Shown piece by piece: positions 54,136 through 64,000 of a stretch of DNA of 64,000 nucleotides. The notes below the pieces were generated by a model. The model was not told the origin of the DNA and ran no database searches. It was given only the letters and a program-made list of their open reading frames with translations. Source of the stretch: Eledone cirrhosa (taxonomy: Eukaryota); NCBI GenBank assembly GCA_964016885.1, contig OZ024743.1, forward strand, positions 168,268,001 through 168,332,000, written 5' to 3'. The translations under genes were made by a program, and so were the position numbers. Position 1 is the first letter of the stretch. Each line of letters begins with the position of its first letter.

Positions 54136-54787
54136 GTATGTATGTATATGTATATATATATATATAGAGAGAGAGATATAGATATAGCAGTAGAAGTACG
54201 AAAATAATCTGAAATGTAGAAAATATTGAAAGAGAAACGAAAAACAACTTTCTAAACTATTCTTACTGACCTCTTTTCGACATAATCATGTCCAATTATA
54301 CTACCTCCCTCCCCCAATATCACCAACAACAATACTACCTCCCACATTACCACCTCCCACATTACCACCTCCCACAGTACCACAACCGATATTACCATCT
54401 CCTACATGGTCACCACCAATTCTACTACCTTCCACTTTACCACCACTAACATTTCCATCACTAACGTTACATTACTACCTACATGAATCCCAGCAAGATC
54501 ATTCTATCTAAAATACACCTAACAATACTTCACTTGAATCACTAACTCATACCTCTTCTTTCATTGATACGTATACATTCACACAATACGTATACGTTCA
54601 CACAATATACGTCATATCCTATATAAACACAAGATTTAGATATTTTAGACTAGTACACAAGGGCTGGAGTTCATTATTTTACCCACCCCAGAAGAGGGAA
54701 AAGCATTTTGTTTAAAATAGAAATAAAGTTCACATAATCTTTTTTTTTCTTTTTTGTCGTTTTATTGATACTGTCTCTTTGTATCTA

Positions 54788-55130
54788 AGAGTGGCCGAAT
54801 GGTTAAAGAGTTCGTTTTGCAATCGTTAAGTCCCCTGTTCGATTCCACTGTATGGCATTTGGGTAAATGCCATTTACATATCTTCGTGTGAATCCACACC
54901 TTGTAAGTGAAATTTGGTAGACAGAAACTGTTCGAAAGTCCTTCGAATGGACTGTATTTGTAATTCAAACGACCAGCTCGGTCCCACACTAAGTCACGTA
55001 GAATCTCCCTAAGAATTACGTTATAGACACACGCATTTATGTTATGCTCCGCCTAATACACACTAATTTCATGAGTTAGATGTTCCGCTGATCTAATTGC
55101 TGGAACGCTCATCGTCTATCTAACAAAGCT
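54788..55130 (+). mobile_element. tRNA-derived SINE(s), family B
   Basis: A-box gtggccgaatgg, B-box gttcgattcc, then ccttgtaagtgaaatttggtagacagaaactg. Confidence 0.7.
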
Positions 55131-55732
55131 TACTACTAGGATAATAAAATACAGTCAATTCTATCGATGCTGGGCGTTGGAATGAAAGGCAAAATCAACA
55201 CCAGGAGAATGTAAACTTCAAATGCAAAGGGTGGAAATTATTTAGCCCCGTGTTCAACCAAATTCTTTATAAAATTAACACGAAGCCAGCAATTTGGAGA
55301 AATAGTAAAGTCGATTATTTATTGAATTCCCTCGAAATATGAAAGGAAAAGTTCACATCGGCATGTCAACGTTGCTTTCATCCTCTGCAAGTGACGAATG
55401 ACATAAATTACAAGTGAAAGATGTATTCGCAGTAAATAATTCGGAAGGATGCCATCATCACATACTGCAATGAAACAACACCACAAACATTGGACTGCCC
55501 TCACTCCCAGCTCTCATTGAGAGCAAACTCATTCACTTCGTAATTGCACTGCATATCATTTTCACCTGACCCTTCAAGAAATTTACTAGGGCTCAATAAT
55601 TGGATACGTATTACACGTGACAACAGTTATTTTATCTACAAGTCACCAATCCTCAGACACTGATAGAGTTTTATTCCCCTGCGCACATCTCCGACAGATA
55701 TAGGCTGAAATAATGGTGATGTTATAAATAAA

Positions 55733-58620
55733 CAGGACGCGCTGGAAAAGCAACTCCAACTCGCAGGGAGCGCACCTGCGGCTGGCCAGCTCAGCGCCTA
55801 TGGTGGTGATTAGGGAGGTAGCCCTGGGGCCGAGGACACCGGAAGTCTCCACTGCCAAGGATACAAATGCAAACCTGTCGCACAGCGACCGGTATTTGAG
55901 GAGCTTGGCCTCCTTAGCCCGACGTGCAGCAGAACCTGGATTAGTGGCAGACTGCACCAGGTTGCGGCTGCAGAAAGTGTCGGTGCAAGTAGCATCCCAG
56001 ACGAGGGGTTTGCCACCGCGGAACGGGAAGATGGTCATGCCACCTGGCCATTTGCCGTCCCACGGGCTCGAGCTGGGAAGGGAAGCCCGCAGCGTCTAAG
56101 CCATGCTTTATGACCTCGTTGAAGGCGTGGAAGGCGGCCGGCACTGTAGCGACAGGAAAGCGGATGGAGGACGAAAGAGTCCACGGTGGATCCACAGCGA
56201 CATTGGTGTGGCTCGCAGATCCGGAGGCCGAACCTCAAGGAAACGCCGATGCGCAGGCTATTGTTGTCTAGCTGCGTGCCAGTGGAGAAGGGGTGCAGTG
56301 CAGGGCATGGAGCCAGGCACCACTGTGGGGTTTGGAGGCCGCACGAAAGCAGGCAAGGAGGTGCTGGTCGAGCTGGCGCGTGAGCCTGTCTGAGGCCAGG
56401 CTGCACTGGATGGCATCCCAAGTGCTTTTGGGGGACTTGACTTCAACAGGGGAAGAAAGAGGAGGGACGTCTACTGGCTAAGTCACATCCGGTCCCACAT
56501 CTCACAGGCAGCCTCACGTTCTCTGAACACAGAGGGTTCTATTCTGTTTTGAAGAACCCTGCTGACGAGGACGCGGCACGAGGTTACCGACGAAAGATAC
56601 GCCGGCAAAGCCAGAGAGATCGGGGTCTGGAGGCCAAGGCCGTCATACCTGACAGGTAAAGTGGCTTGTTGCCATCCAATGTCATCAAACTTGACGTTGC
56701 ATATCTCCTCAGCTGCTGCTCGGATACAAGTATCGAGGTCAGCGAGGAGAGATGTGTGGCTGTAGCACCGAGCTCTGCGGAGGGTGTAGAGGAGCTTCGG
56801 CATGGCGAAGCAGTTCCTCAACAGAAAGAATCCAGGCCCAGTCGGCTCATGAGAGTCTGGAGTTGTTGAAGTCTGGACCTGATGGTGGAGCAGATGGCCG
56901 GCGGGTGGATCGGTGACCCGGGGATGAGGCTATCCTCTTTGAGGGTCACCTTTACCTGGTGGAGAATGGACCGCACGTCCGAGATGGAGGCTGCAAAGCT
57001 CTCAGCATCGTGGCTGACATTCACCACCACCGACTTTGCCGAGTTGACCTGGAGGCCGATTCCCGCCAGAGCAGAAACCACCGATTGTATGTCATGGCAG
57101 AGAGTCTGTACGGGCCCGCCCAACTTAGCATCATCCAGATACCAAACGTTGAGAGGGGACGTGATACTCTGGGCGATGTGGTCTATACCAAGGTCAAACA
57201 GGAGGAGTCCCAAAGGGTCGCCCTGTTGGACCCCAGTAGCCGAAGGTATGACCGTATTAGCAGCGGCATACATCGAGCAGATGGTCCCGGCGCAAGCAGT
57301 TGAAGGCATTCCTCATGTCAAGCTTGACAATGAGGTGCCTGGAGTGAACTCCTCACCCAGTTCGGGTGTTATGGACCTGCAGACCACCTTGGCAGCCAGC
57401 CTCCGAAAGACATTGACTACAGCGATGGGGCGTATGCCACCCTCTTTCTTCCTGAGAGCGGTGAAGCTAGCCGAAAAAAAGAGGCCTCGGGTGTGAGGGT
57501 CCAGGGTGCCATTGATGAGCCTATTGATGAGCGCCACAATTGCACTCAAAAGGCGGCGCCCGGCCTCAGCGTAGAGGGGGGTTAGCAACTCCTTGTGGTG
57601 GCCTGGTCGGAGACCACCAGCACCTCCGTTGCCGCTAGCTGGGAAGGACTTGATGGCAGACATGATGTCTGCGTCGGAAGCCACAAGGAGCAAGTTGGGG
57701 TCGGATGGGGGTATGGGTCTGAGATCAGCGGATGGTTCAGGGTGTTGAAGTCGCAGGGCAGCCAGGACCTCCTTGCTGGGTTGGAGGACAGTGTCCTCTG
57801 AGGCAACCACTCTGACTGCAGGCGAGACATCACTCATGATTAGTTAACCATTTACGCGGTCACGCAAACGCTTGGCGCTGGCCTCAGGAGTGGAGGATTG
57901 GGGGTACCCGAGGGTGCGGTGTGCGGCGTCCCGGGGCACGCTTGGAATGGTCGTTTGCCCAAAGTACGAAACATTGGCCGTCCCGGTCAGCGCCAGAGCT
58001 GGGGAGGCCGAGGGAGAGTGGGGCAAAATAAAAGAGTCGCTCCCAGTCGCTGGCTCGATTGGAGTCTAGGGCGCTCTCAGTTGAGGAAATGAGGGCATCG
58101 GCTACCGGCACCCGGGCCGCCTGAGCCGAGCAATGTTGACCAGCGACGCTTGGGCGTCAGGCAAGCTCGCTGTCTCATCTGGTGGTGTGTGTGCCCTGTG
58201 AGGGCACTGGAAGCTCGACGTGTCAAGCCAACACAGGTGAGGTGGTTGAAGCAGCCGCACCCCAAACAGTTCCGGCCCCTCTTCCGTCTGTTAGTGGTGA
58301 TGCAAGTACTGCAGGTGTCGGCTTGGGGGGATGGGGGATGGAGCACCGAGCTGCATCAGGGGTGAGTGGCTGGCGTGTGTGGGTAGAAGGGAAAGTGTTG
58401 GTAAGAGGGCCTCATAGCTCACCTACATCAAATATAGAGGCGTCAGAGGGCAAGAGAGAAAAGTAAGGGCGCATGGAGGTGGACACACAAGAAGGTAGAA
58501 TGTTAGCAAATGAATGAATGTACAAAACAAAAAAAAACAAAAAAACAAACGCCAAAGGTGGGGGGAAGAGAGAAAACGGGGTTGTTCCCAGCGGAAAGAC
58601 CCAGAGTTCAGCACGCACAC
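55733..58620 (-). mobile_element. Degenerate CRE-clade-like LINE (N-terminal Cys/His finger, RT, RLE)
   Basis: GGIRPIAV..FRRLAAK, GVQQGDPLG, WYLDD, LPVRYDGLG, CEPHQCRCG and GKPLVWDATCTDT...LAVETSG. Confidence 0.88.
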
Positions 58621-59019
58621 ATGCGAGCTTGTTAGCAGTTTCTCATAGTATCTTGTGGCTGGGGATGAGTCATTCAATTCTGAAAACATATGCTGTTGTT
58701 CTTTTCACTGATGCTGGTGTTGGCTTCCTTTTGTTAATGGTAGTGGTAGTGATTGCTGGTGAGATGTTGATGTATACACATATGTGTTGTTGTTGTTAAT
58801 GTCACAGTTGTTGTCGTTGCCTTCCTCTTGTTAATGGTGGTGGAGATGAAACTGCTACCAGTTCGGGCTGCTGAGGCTCGAGTGCCTTCTTTTACCGAAG
58901 ATGCGGGGTCGATGTTATTATCCTGTTGCCGTCGCCTTCTTGCCCGGAGATGGGCGTCAGTGGCTTTCGGCATCATCTGGCAGCACAACGGCAAATTCTC
59001 TATTTTTTTTTTTTTGGTC

Positions 59020-60090
59020 TTTTCTTTCTCTCTGTCTAATCCGATTCAAATTATTTGGCAGTGAATTGGTGGTCGGTTTTGTTTTGTTTTGTTTTATGTT
59101 TCCATTTGTTTTTATTTATTTCTCTCGCTCTTCTCGTATATTTCGGTGCGTTAAATTTGTGAGGTTCCTAGCAGTTATTATTTGAGGTTATATTTCCATT
59201 CTAGGATGTATTCCACCATAACAGCACACACTGCTTTCCAGCATCATGGATTAAACTGTGAGTTAATGCCGCGAATGTTTGACTATTGGGTAATCAGATA
59301 ATCCAAGCGTACAATCATCAATGTAGATATGGATAGAGTCTAGTGGATTTTAGAATGTGTTAGAAGTGAGGAAGCAGAGTGGTAAATGTTTAAGATAAAA
59401 ATTCATTAACTCAAGACGGTTGGTATCTGTACGGCTCTCATTCAATGGGATGAAAAAGCCTGTAAATGGGTATGCTTGCTCCAAGGAATGGCATAATATT
59501 AGCATACCACATACATACGTGCATATGCGTGTTGGTATGTCAAATAGACACATATATATGTGTATATCCGTGTGGGAAACAACACGTGTTGGTTTGTTTT
59601 TAATTTTTATTTCTTCTCTCTTTCTAATGCGATTCAAAAAAGTTATTTGGCAGTGAATTGATGGTCGTTTTTTTTTTTTTGTCCCCTTTCCTTTTTATTT
59701 TGTTTCTTTCTCTCGCCCTTCGCGTATATTTTGGTGCGTTATATTTGTGAGGTTCCTATCAATGGTTAATAACATTTAACCTCGGCGGGATTTGAACTCA
59801 GTTACGGCCCTTTATGGTCTGAGTTCAAATCCCGCCGAGGTTAACTTTGCCTTTCATCATTACGGGGTCGATGAAATAAAGTATCATTAATGCACTGGGA
59901 TAATTGCTGGCCTTGTGCCAAAAGTAGAAATAATTATTTTTTGTTATCTTTCCATTCTAGGATGTATTCCATCATAGCAGCACATTCTGATTCCAGGAAT
60001 CTTGTATTAGACAGTGAATTAATGCCGCGAATGTTTGGAACGTAGAAGTATTTGAGTAATGGGTAATCCAAGTGTAAGATCATCAATGTA
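59020..60090. repeat. Tandem duplication of about 310 bp (59020-59330 / 59608-60090), second copy carrying a SINE
   Basis: Colinear match, interrupted in copy 2 at about 59765-59938. Confidence 0.85.
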
Positions 60091-60314
60091 TGGTAAACAA
60101 ATCTTAAATAGAGCTTGGAGCAGATATTACGTTAAGAGAATATTCAGACAGAGTGGATGTGGAAAAGTTGAACATGTTTGGTGTTGAATTTGTAGGTCGA
60201 GAAATTTTTTTTCAATCACAGGACAGTGCACACACATACATATATGTATATATACAGGTACATATATTAATGAACTTGTATTTCACGTTAAACACAGAGG
60301 GACATCAGTAAATA

Positions 60315-60495
60315 ATAATTGTTTCTACTTTTGGCAAAAGGCCAGCAATTATCCCAGTGTATTACTGGTACATTATTTAACCGACCCCGTAAGTATGAAA
60401 GGCAAAGTTAACCTCGGCGGGATTTGAACTAAGAATGGCAAGGACCGTAACTCTATGCTTGGCGTCCGACCCTCTACCAATACTGCCAATCTACT
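60315..60495 (-). mobile_element. SINE family A
   Basis: Full-length match. Confidence 0.9.
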
Positions 60496-61984
60496 GCATC
60501 AGTAAATAATAATAACGATATTTAGATATGAAAATATAGATGTACATATCTTTATCTTGGGGGTTATTTATTTTCCCTGTGTGTGTAGCAACACGCGGTT
60601 GTGTGTGTTGCTGCTGAGTCTAGCAGAGCACAAGAAAACACATTTATCCTTCAAGACTTTGATATATTATAAAGCCGCTCTAAATTCTTGATTTAGCATA
60701 TTTGAAAATCATTTTCAGAGTCTTTCATTAGAAATATGGTATGTCATTTGAAGTTCTGCTTCTTCTCTACACTTCAAAGATTTCCATTTATCTTTCAAAT
60801 AGACATAAACTTATACACAGTAAATTTATTTATTTACTTATTTTATGGTCAGTGGGATTAACGTCATACACTCAGCAGATTATTATCAGAACAACAAATC
60901 ATGGAATCACGTAAGAATTACTGTCAATGCCACAGTTACTGCCACTGATGGTCAGATGGAATAGCTTGCCCTTCAAAGTAAAATTAAGAACGTTATAAAG
61001 CCTCCTTGATCTGATACTTGATTTGAAAGAGAGACAAATTGGTAAAGTCATGAGTGGATCAAATAGAATGCTTTACAGTATTTGTTCCAACTCACAGTGC
61101 TTTGAGTTCGTATCTCGCCAGGGTCATCTTTGCCTTTCAAGATCTGCACCCTGTGATTATATAGTTTGTCTCGAAACGGAAATGTCTCCCCTAGCACTGC
61201 TAGGCTAGGGATTTCTGTAAACTATCCATAGTCTCCGGATCTAGGGCTATTCTCACAACCAGCACGTCTGTGCAGTACCTTTCCGAATCTCCTCTTCAAA
61301 GTTACTCACTAAAACACTGTTCTATTCCTCCTTATCGCTGCTTCGTTGTTAAATCCTACCGATTCTACACTAGTCAATCCTTTAGAGCATCCCAACACCG
61401 GTTGTTGAAATTATGTCCTGTCGACTGCCGGTTAACTAATTCACTAATTCGTTGATACCTATTTTTCACACCAATAAAACAACATGTTCAGTTTCCAGTA
61501 ATCATCTGCCTATCAATGCTACCTATGTAGGTCGTTGTGAATTTCAAATTTGTTGTCCATATAGCCAACGTGTTGAAAATGTGAACTTTATAAACTATCA
61601 CTCTTCGTTCTGTATCTAACAAATGCGCTATCTAGATTTAATATTAATTGGAGCTAATAGTTAGATCCATTCTACTGTGCAAGTTACAGACGTTGTTCAA
61701 CATCACTCCACAAGTCAGCAATACCTGGACACTGAAGGAGTGCACACAGAATGGTTTCACATCACGGACAGCCTCGACTGAACATGGGCTTTATCCGAAA
61801 CCAATAAAACCCCCAACCCCATTGCCTATTGTCTGTAATTTCTCCAGGACAGTTTATTTAGTTGAAACACTTAGCTGCTGGCACTCAGAATCTTCTCGGG
61901 AAAGTTGCCACTCTTGCCCACCTGTAATCTTTAATAAATGATAAGGTTAGTTAATTAACTTTGCCTGACTAGTAGAGATAATAA

Positions 61985-62200
61985 TGGTTTCTTGTATAGG
62001 CAAAAGGCCAACATATTTTGGGGAAGGGGGAAGTCAATTAAATCGACCCAGTGCATTACTGGTACTTTATTTTATCGACCCCGTAAGGATGAAAGGCAAA
62101 GCTAACCTCGGTGCGATTTGAACTCAGAACGTAAAGAACTGAAACTATATGCCTCAAAATCTTTTGTCTGACGCGCTACCGATTACTGCCAGTCCACCAT
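61985..62200 (-). mobile_element. SINE family A, older variant
   Basis: Core and B box present, with an extra ttttggggaaggggg segment as at 32060. Confidence 0.8.
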
Positions 62201-62358
62201 AGTTATAAAAATAATAATGATGATGATGGTGACAATAACAAAAGAGGTCTTTCTATCTAGGTGACCTCAATTAGGCTAGACATGCCGCTGTAGGTGGAGT
62301 AAAAAGGCTGGCAGTTAAGTTTACTTTTATTGTTGCTATTGTTGATTATGTTTTTTAA

Positions 62359-62440
<82 letters not shown>

Positions 62441-62933
62441 CACACACACACACATATATATATATATACATACATATGTATATATGCGCATGTATTTTGT
62501 TTTGTTTTACATTTATTCCGTTGTTTACCTATATTTTGTATTATTTGCCGTGGTTGTCGTTTCTTCGTTCTTAAGGAAAAACAGAAGTAAAAACTAATAC
62601 CAAACAAACAAACATATACATTAAGGTGACTAGGATAAATACTGAACACTTAAGTCTCAGTGATAGACTAACCCGTCCCATCACCACAACCACCTTATCC
62701 CCAACCATTAACAGCTCTAGCTATATACGGGCAATATCTGGATCCACCTTTTGTGATATTCCGATAAAGAGATATTAGTGATGGAAAGGGCCTTTCTATG
62801 CCCGCTTTTATTTAGGGAATTTTGCCAAAATTGTTTCTAATTATTATTCTTGTTACTGATGTTGTTGTTGATGGTGGTGCTGTTGGTGTGGGGTTTTAAA
62901 TGTGTTTACACACACACACACACACATACACAA

Positions 62934-62971
<38 letters not shown>

Positions 62972-63082
62972 ACAGAATTAGTATATCTACCAACATATTT
63001 ATACAGATGTATACTTACGCTAGCAAAGATATAGGTTTTGTCTTAGTTCAAAACAAAGAGATGTAGAAAAATTATATAAAAG

Positions 63083-63200
<118 letters not shown>

Positions 63201-64000
63201 TAATATGAGTGTGAGTGTGTGTGTGTATGTGTGCGTGTGTGTCTGTATGTGTGTGTATACATATATACACAGGTGTTCTCACAGTTTCACACAAATATTC
63301 ACGCACTCACACAGTCACTCAGACTGTTTATAAGCGTCACGTGGCGGATGCCATCAAGGTGAAACAGTCTATGTAAACGGAAGATATTGTTCGAGTGTGA
63401 AACCCAAAACAAACGGGCATTTCTTTATGGTATTCTTTGCGACTGGTACCCGCAGACCTCCATCGCTGACCTCTACATTAGCTCTCTTATCAATCCTGTT
63501 TCACTAAATATCCACACCCCATTCATTACAGTTATTTTTATACACCTACGATACCGAGGTACGCTGGGTACATTTTTCAATGGGACTATTTATACATTTA
63601 ATTTTCTCTCTGAATTGGTGGGTATTTCTGTAGGAGTGTCGTCTCTGTTTATGTATGTGTGTATGTATGTATGTATGTACGTATACATGTATATATGTGT
63701 TTATATATATATTTATATATATATATATACACATCTATCTATCTATCAGTCTATATCTCTCTCTCTATATATATATATGTGTGTGTGTGTGTATGTGTAT
63801 ATATATATATATGTGTGTGTGTGTATGTATGTATGTATGTATGTATATATATATATGCAAAATAATTAATGAAAGAGTTACAAGCCGTTAAAACATATCT
63901 TTTATAAAGCTCTTACACGTGTAAGGGATGTAATTACCGGTGCAAATAAAAAGTTTACTATGTAAGTTATGACCAGTTATGACCAGTACCAGCTATGGAA

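Noticed and set aside
58620-59000. GC-richer stretch with an 86-aa minus-strand ORF as a host exon
   Set aside because: No recognisable domain or good splice signals. It is probably a TE 5' region, but this is unresolved.
61648-61941. 97-aa ORF in apparently unique sequence
   Set aside because: Non-ATG start, no motif and no clear exon borders.

Overview
Eukaryotic, AT-rich and extremely microsatellite-rich DNA, intergenic or intronic. The SINE families and repeat make-up suggest a mollusc, most likely an octopus, but that is inference. I find no credible host protein-coding gene, and nearly all ORF-track entries are retroelement fragments or (TA)n/(CA)n artefacts. The window is a pile of decayed transposable elements: four L1/Tx1-clade LINEs plus two solo 3' ends, RTE-clade LINEs (one near full length with three C-terminal C2H2 fingers), R4/Dong-like and CRE-like RLE-type LINEs, Penelope-like RT and GIY-YIG fragments, four non-autonomous Helitrons, and about 20 tRNA-derived SINEs. 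The most interesting signal is non-coding. At least eight minimal hammerhead-ribozyme motifs (CUGAnGA-stem II-GAAA-short stem III-UH) from several sequence families sit in short elements next to (TA)n tracts. Several long DNA palindromes fold back at, or start within, hammerhead stem II, which suggests ribozyme-hairpin self-primed inversion. The Tx1-like LINEs also appear to be microsatellite-targeted, one family to (TCTA)n and another possibly to (TTA)n. All coordinates were read by eye, and TE boundaries are approximate.
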